A stretch of 64,000 bases of DNA from a bacterium (GTDB lineage: Bacteria; Pseudomonadota; Alphaproteobacteria; Rs-D84). The position numbers and the translations under genes are program-made. Position 1 is the stretch's first letter, and each line of letters begins with the position of its first letter. Below are positions 26,144 through 35,474 of this stretch, piece by piece. The notes beneath the pieces were generated by a model. That model ran no database searches. It saw only the letters and a list, made by a program, of their open reading frames with translations, and was not told the DNA's origin. Location of the stretch: positions 121,369-185,368 of the forward strand of contig JAAVBP010000004.1 of assembly GCA_014803525.1 (NCBI GenBank). The letters are read 5' to 3'.

Positions 26144-26524
26144 ATGAGAATGAAATTCATTATTCCAATATTACTGCTTGGCGCATGTGCATCCGTGAAT
26201 CGGGGCAGTATTGATAACGCCACAATACTGAATTGGGAAAATGAATCCGTCACGACCGAACAATTTGTTCGCGATCACAAGGCATGCCTGGGGATAACAA
26301 AACCATCTTATATGCCGCGGTCACGCCTGGCCAAACTGATTGCCCCGAACCAAAGCGGCATGATGCCGGATTGGGACGGCCTGTGGGTAACATTTCAATC
26401 AAATGAATACAAAGACGTGGGCCAGCGCAGTTTGATGTCCGTCCCACGCAACACAACGTCCAAGTCTGTTGGATATTATCGCAAATGCATGTTCCGTCGC
26501 GGATATTTGTTGCGTGCGATGTAA
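26144..26524 (+). CDS. Hypothetical lipoprotein
   Basis: Lipoprotein signal IIPILLLGAC; 126 aa. Confidence 0.45.
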   Translation: MRMKFIIPILLLGACASVNRGSIDNATILNWENESVTTEQFVRDHKACLGITKPSYMPRSRLAKLIAPNQSGMMPDWDGLWVTFQSNEYKDVGQRSLMSVPRNTTSKSVGYYRKCMFRRGYLLRAM

Positions 26525-26576
26525 TTTTTTCTGTTGGCCCTTTTTTATCGGATAAAAATATGCTATAATTGATGCC

Positions 26577-27257
26577 ATGAAACGTTCATTCTGGTTTTGG
26601 CTGTGTTTTGTGGTGTCAATAATTCTGGCCACTTATTTTTCAGTGCGAATAATAATGACGGCACTGGGGCACGGAAATGTGGCCCACGTACATAATATAT
26701 CCATATCGGCTGATATGCGCGGACCGGAATTGGGCGCGGTGGCGGCGGCCGCGGCGGTGGCCCCGGGTGCACATTCATATTCGGTTGATTTGGATACATT
26801 GGCCGCACGCGTGTCCGACACCCCCGGCGTGCGCATGGCCGCCGTACGCCGCATGCCAAACGGTAATATTTCCGTACGCGTAAAAATGTATCGCGCCGTG
26901 GCCCAGTGGACCGATGGCGATGCGTTTTATCCACTGTCGGCGGATGGGACAATTGTGCGCCGCCCATCAGACGCACGCGATCCGGCATCTGTATTATTCC
27001 GTGGCGCACTGCCCGATGATATTTCCGAAATAACCGATGCCGCCCGCAATATGACGCGTTACATAAACTATCTGGAATGGATTGAAAATCGCCGATGGAA
27101 CATAATAACAACGGACGATATAAAAATAATGCTGCCCGAAGATAATCCGACCGCGGCGATTGCAACACTGATGATGCTGCAAAAGAAACACGATATATTA
27201 TCCCGCGACATTCACGTTATTGACATGCGCGACGATGCAAGAATATTGGTAAAATAA
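26577..27257 (+). CDS. ftsQ: Cell division protein FtsQ (POTRA-containing)
   Basis: N-terminal TM, periplasmic POTRA/FtsQ-like domain; immediately upstream of an ftsA-like gene in the conserved order. Confidence 0.6.
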   Translation: MKRSFWFWLCFVVSIILATYFSVRIIMTALGHGNVAHVHNISISADMRGPELGAVAAAAAVAPGAHSYSVDLDTLAARVSDTPGVRMAAVRRMPNGNISVRVKMYRAVAQWTDGDAFYPLSADGTIVRRPSDARDPASVLFRGALPDDISEITDAARNMTRYINYLEWIENRRWNIITTDDIKIMLPEDNPTAAIATLMMLQKKHDILSRDIHVIDMRDDARILVK

Positions 27258-27260
27258 CAA

Positions 27261-29039
27261 ATGAATCTGTTTGATTCTTCTTTCTTGTGTTTGGATATCG
27301 GCCGATCCGGCGTTCGCGGCGCGGCCCATCGCGTACGCAGTGCGCGCATTGATAAATCCGCCGTTTATTCTTTTGACAGCACAGACACCGTGTATGCATT
27401 AAAGTCTGTGATTGACGAATTGGAAAAACAAATCGGGGCGCATTTTGATACAGCATATGTAACCGGTGATTTTGGACCGGCCGAATTCAATATGACGGTA
27501 AAAAGTATCAATTGGGGCGCGGAACATAAAATCAGCACCGCCGACGTACGCAATCTGATATCCCAGATAACACCGCCAACCGGCATGTTTCCAATGCATA
27601 TAATTCCGCTACGTTACGACACACCGACGGCCCGAAACATTTTATCCCCAATCGGACATACAGACAACGCACTGGTATCCGCATTCAGCGCAATATTTTA
27701 CGACCAACCCAGAATGGACGAAATTATGTCCGACATGCGGCGCGCCCATATCCAGTCGTCGGGATTCTTTGACCCGCAATTTTTATTAAGTGCAACACTG
27801 CGCCGACCGCACGAAAACATAATGTTCATAGACTTGGCCGAAAGATTTACAACCGCATCCATATGGACAGACCGCGGTCCCGTTATGTTCAAGCAAATTC
27901 CGGTTGGCGGCGAAAAAATAACACGCGATATCGCAGAAAAAATGCATATAGATATAACGGCGGCAAACAGCATAAAACGTGCAGTTTCAACATTGATTCC
28001 GATGGAAATGGACCGATTTACCCCGGCCGATCCGGCATATGATTTTTCACGTGCGGATATAAACGAAATTATTTTACCGCGCATGCTGGAAATCGCCGCA
28101 CAAATAAAAGACGCCGCAACAACGGCGATCGGAAAATACAGACCGGTAAAAATAATGCTGACCGGGGGCGGCGCAGAAATAGATGGCGCAACAGACTTTT
28201 TTGAAAACATCTTTGCAATTCCAACAACAAAATTACCGTATGACGCAACGGCACGGGCGTTGGCGGCGTATGTATGGAAACTGCAATCACCACGCGTTGC
28301 CGCCGCACACGCCCGCCAAGAACGATGGGCACGTCGCACAAATTGGATTCGGCGCCGGTTTAATATAAAACGACGTCCACGCGCACGCTTTATCCCCATT
28401 ATGCCCAGTACATTATGCTTTGACATGCGACGCGATGACACATATTCACTGTTTAAATCCGGCGGCATATCAATGATTCATGTAGATATAATGGATGGTT
28501 TTTACGTTGACCGTGTCGCCGGCAGTATCGCCGAATTAAAACAAATTCGCGCACATACGGACGCACATCTGCACGTGCATTTAATGACGGAAAGTCCATC
28601 CGTTTGGGCCGCCGACGCAATTGCCGCCGGCGCAGATACCGTGATCGTATCAACCAATACATCCGGCCTGCGCGCGGCCCTGCGCGAGATTCGGGCGGCC
28701 GGTCGCCGATGCGGCGTGGCATTGAACCCGGATTCCGATGTATCAATATTAAAACCAATTTTGCGCGATGTTGATGAAATAATGGTTATGTCGGTTACCC
28801 CCGGTGCGGCGGGACAAAAATTTGATACCGACGCATTAAAGAAAATCGCAATACTGGACGCGACACGTAAAAAATATGGATTAAAGTATAAAATCACTGT
28901 TGATGGCGGAATAAATGCCGACACATCGAACCCATGCTGGACCGCAGGCGCGGACGCATTGGTGTCTGGATCATATCTGGCGCGCGCATCTGATTTTCCA
29001 TTGGCGGTACAAAGCCTGTTGCGGCACCCGGAAAAATAA
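27261..29039 (+). CDS. ftsA: FtsA-like actin-fold protein fused in-frame to ribulose-phosphate 3-epimerase (Rpe)
   Basis: N-terminal 370 aa: FtsA-like (LCLDIGRSGVR..., IMLTGGGAEIDGATDFFENIFAIP). C-terminal 215 aa: Rpe motifs (PSTLCFD...IHVDIMDGFYV, HLHVHLMTE, MVMSVTPG, VDGGIN). No stop codon between the two parts. Confidence 0.6.
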   Translation: MNLFDSSFLCLDIGRSGVRGAAHRVRSARIDKSAVYSFDSTDTVYALKSVIDELEKQIGAHFDTAYVTGDFGPAEFNMTVKSINWGAEHKISTADVRNLISQITPPTGMFPMHIIPLRYDTPTARNILSPIGHTDNALVSAFSAIFYDQPRMDEIMSDMRRAHIQSSGFFDPQFLLSATLRRPHENIMFIDLAERFTTASIWTDRGPVMFKQIPVGGEKITRDIAEKMHIDITAANSIKRAVSTLIPMEMDRFTPADPAYDFSRADINEIILPRMLEIAAQIKDAATTAIGKYRPVKIMLTGGGAEIDGATDFFENIFAIPTTKLPYDATARALAAYVWKLQSPRVAAAHARQERWARRTNWIRRRFNIKRRPRARFIPIMPSTLCFDMRRDDTYSLFKSGGISMIHVDIMDGFYVDRVAGSIAELKQIRAHTDAHLHVHLMTESPSVWAADAIAAGADTVIVSTNTSGLRAALREIRAAGRRCGVALNPDSDVSILKPILRDVDEIMVMSVTPGAAGQKFDTDALKKIAILDATRKKYGLKYKITVDGGINADTSNPCWTAGADALVSGSYLARASDFPLAVQSLLRHPEK

Positions 29040-29225
29040 AATCACACAATATCAAGAAAACCGGCATACGCCGGTTTTCTGTTTTTGCAAGCACATACTT
29101 GTTTTTATTAGGTCCAGGTTATTTAACCGTGAATCTGCAGGGATATGGTTCGGGGCCTGTTGAAAAGCCCATAAGCAGTGTCTGCATAAATATTATGCAC
29201 TATTAACACAAAAGAATAAAGGGGC

Positions 29226-29639
29226 TTATTTTCCCATATTTCCCATTATTACAACCCGGCGTCCGTCACCATGCGCGGTTATATATATATTGATTGTATC
29301 CGCCGGCAAAAATTCCGCCGCAATATCTGGCCATTCAATTAATGTAATGTCGTTGGCAATTGCATGCTGTAACCCGATTTCGGCCAATTCATCACTATCC
29401 TCTATCCGATACAGGTCAAAGTGTGATATCCCATCATAATTTTGCACAATTGTAAATGTCGGACTGGGGACAACAGTGTCCGCACCACGCAAAGTTTTTA
29501 TAATCGCGCGCGCAATTTCAGATTTTCCCATTCCCAAATCACCATGCAGTGCAATTGTCGCCGGCGCATGTAATTTCCGTGCGAAATCTGCCGCCCAACC
29601 GCGCAATTCATTAACATTATTTGAGATAAATTCTGTCAT
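29226..29639 (-). CDS. tsaE: tRNA threonylcarbamoyladenosine biosynthesis protein TsaE (YjeE)
   Basis: ALHGDLGMGKSEIARAII Walker-A-like motif and size (137 aa) typical of TsaE. Confidence 0.75.
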   Translation of the reverse strand: MTEFISNNVNELRGWAADFARKLHAPATIALHGDLGMGKSEIARAIIKTLRGADTVVPSPTFTIVQNYDGISHFDLYRIEDSDELAEIGLQHAIANDITLIEWPDIAAEFLPADTINIYITAHGDGRRVVIMGNMGK

Positions 29640-29642
29640 ACC

Positions 29643-31646
29643 CTACTCCACCAACAACAAATCATCTTCCAATTTTCTTATCGCGTCACGATATTCGCCG
29701 GCCGCTTCGAATTCCAGATCTTCGGCCGCGCGACGCATTTTTTTCGTCAGTTCTTTTATTTCCTTGCGTATCGACGCCGCGTCCATAACACCGCCATCTT
29801 TGTCATAAACAAATCGTTTTTTCTTATCGGTCTTTTCATCTTTTTCGCCAACCTCGGCAAATACGGCCTTGGTCACAGTTTTCGGTGTAATACCATGCGC
29901 GGTATTATACGCCATCTGTTTTTCACGACGACGCGCGGTTTCCGTCAACGCCGCATTCATCGAATCTGTAATTTTATCCGCATACAGAATCACACGCCCA
30001 TTGGCATTACGTGCCGCACGCCCGATTGTCTGAATAAGACTGCGTGTGGAACGCAAGAAGCCTTCTTTATCCGCATCCATAATCGCAACCAATTCGCATT
30101 CGGGCACGTCCAACCCTTCGCGCAACAGGTTAATACCAACCAACACGTCGTATTTACCCAATCGCAAATCACGCAGCAATTCAATACGTTCCAGTGTTTC
30201 AATATCACTGTGCAGATATTTTGCACGCACACCATTTTCGTTTAGATAGTCGGTTAATTGCTCCGCCATTTTTTTGGTCAGTGTTGTCACCAACACACGA
30301 CCACCCGTTTTATTAACAGTCTGTTTAATCTGGTCCAATAAATCATCCACCTGACTCAAAGTGGGGCGAATATCACACACCGGATCCAGCAGGCCGGTCG
30401 GGCGTATCACCTGTTCCGATACAATCCCGCCCGATTGTTCTAATTCCCATGGCGCGGGTGTGGCGGATACAAAAATTGTTTGCGGCCGCAACGCATCCCA
30501 TTCGTCGAATGTCAGCGGTCTGTTATCAATACATGCCGGCAAACGGAATCCATATTGTGACAACGTTTCCTTGCGCGCGCGGTCACCGCGTGACATGGCT
30601 GATATCTGTGGTACCGTCACATGACTTTCATCAATAAATAACACCGCATCCCGTGGCAAGTATTCAAACAATGTCGGTGGTGGCATCCCCGGTGCGCGGC
30701 CCGATAAATAACGTGAATAGTTTTCAATTCCACGACATGTCCCGGTACTCTCCATCATTTCGATATCGAAATTCACGCGTTCGCGCAGACGCTGTTCTTC
30801 GATATATTTCATATTGTCACGGAAATAATCCAGGCGCTGTTTTAAATCATCCTTGATCTGACCAATTGCCTGGATAATACTGGGCATGGGCGTTGCATAG
30901 TGCGTATTCGGATAGACTGCGACCCTATCCAACCGCCGCAGTTTGGCACCTGTCAGGGTATCAAATTCCCAAATTTCTTCTATTTCATCACCAAAGAAAG
31001 ACAGTTTCCATCCGCGATCCAATGCATGCGACGGAAACAGATCCAGCGTATCCCCACGCACACGAAAATCACCACGCTCAAACGCGGTATCATTTCGTTT
31101 ATACTGAATATCCACCAGGCCGCGCATAACATCCCGCATGCCGACTTTATCACCCGCATTTAATACCAGTTTCATACCGGCATACTGCTCTGGCGATCCC
31201 ATACCGTATATAGATGATACAGACGACACGACGATAACATCGCGTTCTTCCAGCATGGCGCGCGTCGCACTGTGCCGCATGCGATCCAATTGCTCGTTAA
31301 TGGACGCATCTTTGTCGATATAAGTGTCGGTGGTTGGCATATATGCCTCGGGCTGATAATAATCATAATACGATACAAAATATTCGACATGATTGTTTGG
31401 AAAGAATGACTTCATTTCCGTATACAGCTGCGCCGCCAGAATTTTATTCGGTGCCATAATCAACGCTGGGCGCGACAATTCTGCAATAACATTGGCCATT
31501 GTAAATGTTTTACCAGACCCCGTCACACCCAATAATACCTGGGACCGGCGACCATCACGAATGCCATCCGCCAATTCGGCAATGGCGGTTGGCTGGTCCC
31601 CCATGGGGGCATAATCACTTTGAAGATCAAATATGCTCTTTTTCAT
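29643..31646 (-). CDS. uvrB: Excinuclease ABC subunit B (UvrB)
   Basis: GVTGSGKTFT Walker A, helicase motifs, beta-hairpin region, C-terminal UvrB/UvrC-interaction coiled coil; 667 aa. Confidence 0.9.
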   Translation of the reverse strand: MKKSIFDLQSDYAPMGDQPTAIAELADGIRDGRRSQVLLGVTGSGKTFTMANVIAELSRPALIMAPNKILAAQLYTEMKSFFPNNHVEYFVSYYDYYQPEAYMPTTDTYIDKDASINEQLDRMRHSATRAMLEERDVIVVSSVSSIYGMGSPEQYAGMKLVLNAGDKVGMRDVMRGLVDIQYKRNDTAFERGDFRVRGDTLDLFPSHALDRGWKLSFFGDEIEEIWEFDTLTGAKLRRLDRVAVYPNTHYATPMPSIIQAIGQIKDDLKQRLDYFRDNMKYIEEQRLRERVNFDIEMMESTGTCRGIENYSRYLSGRAPGMPPPTLFEYLPRDAVLFIDESHVTVPQISAMSRGDRARKETLSQYGFRLPACIDNRPLTFDEWDALRPQTIFVSATPAPWELEQSGGIVSEQVIRPTGLLDPVCDIRPTLSQVDDLLDQIKQTVNKTGGRVLVTTLTKKMAEQLTDYLNENGVRAKYLHSDIETLERIELLRDLRLGKYDVLVGINLLREGLDVPECELVAIMDADKEGFLRSTRSLIQTIGRAARNANGRVILYADKITDSMNAALTETARRREKQMAYNTAHGITPKTVTKAVFAEVGEKDEKTDKKKRFVYDKDGGVMDAASIRKEIKELTKKMRRAAEDLEFEAAGEYRDAIRKLEDDLLLVE

Positions 31647-31696
31647 TGTTAATTAATAATATAATTCATTATAATAAAAAAACAAGGAAAGAGAAA

Positions 31697-34171
31697 ATGG
31701 CATTAAAACCCAGAACATTTCGGAAAATATTTATCGGCGTATGCGCCATGATCGCAATTATCGCCACCGCAATTATCACAATTCCACCAATGTTTACCCT
31801 GAATAAACTAAAGCCTGAAATCCAGGCCGCCATTACCGCACAAACCGGTGTCCCGGCCCAGATTAACGGCGATGTACATTTCAGTTTAATTGGTGCGACC
31901 ACAATTGTCGCACGCGATATAACAATTCCCGATGGCCACATTGGCGCGGCATCTTTCCGGGTGCCACTGGGGGCGCTGTTTGATCTGTCACGCGCGCGTT
32001 TGGACGGCCGCATTGGTATATATGATGCGAATGTATCGATTGCGCGCCTGACCCCGGCAAATGGGAAATATGACATTGAATTGCATAACTGTAATGTTAC
32101 ATTCCTGGGCAAGGAATATAAAATTATTACCGGCACAATGAACAATAACGAATTCCACGCGATTGTCCGCACGAACCAACATAAATATGACATCACGCTG
32201 AACGGTGACGCATTTTATGTAACGAATAAAAATAACAATCTGGTTATTACGGGAAATTTAACCGAAAATGGTGGCGCGCGTGGGACAATGTCACTGCATG
32301 CAATTGATGTAAATAAAATGTTCGAATTCGATGAACCGAAAATTCCTGATTCATTGGCGCTGGATATGAAGTTCGATTGGGATGGTGAATATGGGGTTCT
32401 ATTTTCAGATATAACGGCACCCAATTTTTCGGGCAACATTGATATCGCCCCCGATGGCGCACGTAGTATTGAAATAAAATCAGACGATATAACATTTGAT
32501 TTTTCATTCCTGTTACATCCGACAAATATAATGCGCGATATGTCGTTTAATTTGAACCTGCGCGGCCATTTGACATTGGGCAACCGCAATTTTTCAAGAT
32601 TGATTATTCGCGCGGTGGCACACCACGGCATATTAAAAATAGACCGCATTGTGGCCGATGACACCGTTATTTCCGGCGGCGAAATCAGTTCCACCGGCGC
32701 AAAAAATCTGATGATATCAACCAAACTAGACGGTCAGACCGCAACGTGCATTTTTAATGGTACGCCACAAAAATGGTCTTGCGAAAAATTTAGCTATCGC
32801 GATATGACGGGCAACCTTGCCGTCGATGGCGACACATTTAACGTATCGGTAACGTCCAGTGGCGCAATGCCATCGGATAATGAAATACGCGATATGACAT
32901 CCATCCTGGGCCGACGCGGCATGATAAAATTTATATTCAATGACGCCGCCGGCACAATGAATATTGATGGAAAAAAAATACAAACCGATTTTAAATTCGC
33001 ACGCGATAAAACACTGGGATGGTTGCGCGGTGCATCAAATTTCATACCAGAATTTATGCGCGATGAAATTGGTGACTTTGCATTAAGTGCGAACCGCGTC
33101 ACATTCCGCCCACACAGTGGCCGATGGGAATTAACCACCGAAGGCGACGCATTCGCAATATCGGGCACGCATCTGTACGACTGGTTCCCGGATATGGATT
33201 TAACGGCGATAAACGACGGGGAATATTTTGTATCCGGCATCCGCCGCGGGGATAATATATCCAATTTAACAGTGCGCTTTTTGGGCCATGAATTTATCGG
33301 CAGTGCCACCGGCAAAAACATCACATTAAAAACAGATACCCTGAACATAGATTCTTTTATCAAACAGGAATTTATCGATAACTATTCCGAAATGGAATTC
33401 CTAACAGATTCACCAATTATGCTGCCGTTTGATTTGCCGGTAAATATATCTCTCAGTGCGGAAACACTGATATACAACGGCGACGAATATAAAAATTTTG
33501 TGTTCAGTCTGAAAAACAACACACAAACATATTCCATATCAGACCAGGCCCGCGGACGCGCCCTGGCCATCATTACACGCGATAAAAAGAAATATGAAAT
33601 ATCCATCCAGATGAATAAATTCAAAACATCGGGAATGCTGTTGGCGGGGACAATGCCACTGAACATCCGCGACACAACAATCACCGGTGAAACAATAATG
33701 CAAACATCGGGCCAAATTGCACACGATTTGGAATACAATATGGTTGGTACATTGGATTTCGTATTTTCCGGCGGAACACTGGTTGGAATTGGCATTGATG
33801 AATTTTATGGTGCGGCGGAAAACATAACAACATTTAATGCCGAATACGCAATTGCCGCGGCACTGGACGGTGGCGAAACCGCATTAAAAGAAATGCGCAT
33901 TCGTGGCGAATTTGAACGCGGCGATTTTCACACCACCGAACCGGCAACAATATCAATGCGGCACGCAACCGCAACCGGCAATATCGAAATCCAGGACGAC
34001 AAAATGACCGCAGATTTGGACGTCACAATGCGCGCCACATCGCCGTCACCAACCGCCATCACATTGGATATATATCCAGACGGATCGCGTTCATATTCAC
34101 TGTCGGAAATAATGCGGAATTTTGACGCAGGATTCATGCGCCAGTTTATAAAAACACATACGAAATTTTAA
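31697..34171 (+). CDS. Large membrane-anchored AsmA-family-like protein
   Basis: Start MALKPRTF with RBS AAGGAAAGAG; N-terminal TM; about 825 aa, beta-rich and Asn/Thr/Gly-rich, resembling AsmA/TamB-like proteins. The upstream extension of the 888-aa ORF is rejected. Confidence 0.4.
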   Translation: MALKPRTFRKIFIGVCAMIAIIATAIITIPPMFTLNKLKPEIQAAITAQTGVPAQINGDVHFSLIGATTIVARDITIPDGHIGAASFRVPLGALFDLSRARLDGRIGIYDANVSIARLTPANGKYDIELHNCNVTFLGKEYKIITGTMNNNEFHAIVRTNQHKYDITLNGDAFYVTNKNNNLVITGNLTENGGARGTMSLHAIDVNKMFEFDEPKIPDSLALDMKFDWDGEYGVLFSDITAPNFSGNIDIAPDGARSIEIKSDDITFDFSFLLHPTNIMRDMSFNLNLRGHLTLGNRNFSRLIIRAVAHHGILKIDRIVADDTVISGGEISSTGAKNLMISTKLDGQTATCIFNGTPQKWSCEKFSYRDMTGNLAVDGDTFNVSVTSSGAMPSDNEIRDMTSILGRRGMIKFIFNDAAGTMNIDGKKIQTDFKFARDKTLGWLRGASNFIPEFMRDEIGDFALSANRVTFRPHSGRWELTTEGDAFAISGTHLYDWFPDMDLTAINDGEYFVSGIRRGDNISNLTVRFLGHEFIGSATGKNITLKTDTLNIDSFIKQEFIDNYSEMEFLTDSPIMLPFDLPVNISLSAETLIYNGDEYKNFVFSLKNNTQTYSISDQARGRALAIITRDKKKYEISIQMNKFKTSGMLLAGTMPLNIRDTTITGETIMQTSGQIAHDLEYNMVGTLDFVFSGGTLVGIGIDEFYGAAENITTFNAEYAIAAALDGGETALKEMRIRGEFERGDFHTTEPATISMRHATATGNIEIQDDKMTADLDVTMRATSPSPTAITLDIYPDGSRSYSLSEIMRNFDAGFMRQFIKTHTKF

Positions 34172-34404
34172 CCGCGACGCGCGCGTTCCAGCATTCGATC
34201 CCCGCCGATTAAATCCGCGCGCCGCCCGCGAATAAATTTGACAATTGATGGATATATACCCCGTTCCGCATATGGCGCATACAGGTTTCCATTACGCTTT
34301 TCCAAACGTGCAAAGTCATACTTATCTGCGCCCGCCGACAGTGCCGCCGCCTGGTACGGTGTTAAGTTTAATAATTCTGTTAATTGACTAAAACCGTTGT
34401 CCAT
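34168..34404 (-). CDS. Hypothetical small protein
   Basis: 78 aa from MDNGF with RBS GGAGAG; overlaps the AsmA-like stop by 4 bp. Confidence 0.35.
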   Translation of the reverse strand: MDNGFSQLTELLNLTPYQAAALSAGADKYDFARLEKRNGNLYAPYAERGIYPSIVKFIRGRRADLIGGDRMLERARRG

Positions 34405-34479
34405 GAATACTCTCCGAATATGAATATAAGTATACATGGGAATGTTTGTGTGCCAATAGGTTTGATTTCATAACGAAAA

Positions 34480-34870
34480 AGCGTACAGCCCCCGCCCACA
34501 TCGGGCCCCGCGGAAATATAATTTCCGTGGGTGATTCGCGGGGGCAATTAGCTTGGTGCTAGGCTCGATATAATGCCCACCGCCGCGGGCGGGGGTGGCA
34601 AATATAGGGAAGTACGTAAACGGCCACCCCCAGTCGCCCTTGGCGACAGCCCCCGCCCGGGCGGGGGCCATTAGTCCGAGCTGTGAACGTACTAATTCCC
34701 ACCGCCGTTCCCGGGCCCCGCAAAAACGAATGTTTTTGTGGGTGAACTGCGGGTGGGGCATGCGAATGCATGACGGTAAGACATAGATTGTGTCGCAGAG
34801 CAATTCCCACCGCCGTTGGCGGGGGGTGATGGCGAATGCCATCGGGGGGTGGCTATAATAATTTGCTTTT
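34480..34870. repeat. GC-rich palindromic repeat cluster (copy A)
   Basis: Modules GCCCCCGCCCGGGCGGGGGC (perfect palindrome), CCCACCGCCG..GGCGGGGG, GGGAATTAGTAC; reverse-complement copy at 49930-50170 (for example AATTCCCACCGCCG..GGCGGGGGGTGATGGCGAATGCCATCGGGGGGTGGC). Overlapping ORFs are judged non-coding. Confidence 0.6.
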
Positions 34871-35072
34871 CCAAAAACAATCCGATATAATATTCAATGC
34901 ATCGGGTGACGCCCGGTGCGAGGTGTGATAACCTCTAGCAACATTTCTCCAACGTTGGTTGGAGGGCTGTGATATATATGAATAAGCAGCACTATCGTTG
35001 TTATAGTTATCAACCTCCAACCGCTTCTCGTCAAAGCGGACTTTTTTATAAAAAAAAAGCAAGGAGGAAAAA

Positions 35073-35360
35073 ATGAAACAAAACAAAATCGATAACACGG
35101 CGGGACGCCTGGGGCGTGCATTATACGATGCACGTATTGCGTGTAATATCCCATATGATAATGCGGCAATGTTATTACATATAACGCCGAATGAATTATC
35201 AGAATACGAACGTGGCACCACAGAAATTCCCCATGACATAATGATACGTATGTTGGTAATGGGTTATAAACTGATACACGCCCGCACGCTAGAGGAGAAA
35301 TATCGTCGTCAACGCAACACGTTTAAGAAATTAAAGCAACCCGTCGCAGCCCCGGAATAG
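35073..35360 (+). CDS. XRE-family HTH transcriptional regulator
   Basis: LGRALYDARIACNIPYDNAAMLLHITPNELSEYERG matches the Cro/C1-type HTH; RBS AAGGAGGAAAAA. Confidence 0.6.
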   Translation: MKQNKIDNTAGRLGRALYDARIACNIPYDNAAMLLHITPNELSEYERGTTEIPHDIMIRMLVMGYKLIHARTLEEKYRRQRNTFKKLKQPVAAPE

Positions 35361-35451
35361 TTCGCTATTAACTGGATCGCTTCGTTTCATGCGCAATGAA
35401 GTGAGTGACAAAGGCTTCTATCTGAACTCTGCACGGATCAACACTAAAAAA

Positions 35452-35471
35452 AACGGGGCGATGCCCCGTTC
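35452..35471. terminator. Bidirectional rho-independent terminator
   Basis: AAAAAAAACGGGGCGATGCCCCGTTCTTTTT. Confidence 0.6.
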
Positions 35472-35474
35472 TTT

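Noticed and set aside
27698-28468. 256-aa minus-strand ORF
   Set aside because: It is antisense to the ftsA-rpe ORF, whose motifs are unambiguous.
31505-31696. 64-codon N-terminal extension of the AsmA-like ORF
   Set aside because: The extension overlaps the uvrB stop region and lacks an RBS. The internal ATG at 31697 has a good Shine-Dalgarno sequence and begins a typical TM anchor.
34468-35239. ORFs of 83-128 aa on the minus strand
   Set aside because: They fall inside the GC-rich palindromic repeat cluster, with Gly/Arg/Pro-rich translations typical of non-coding GC-rich DNA.
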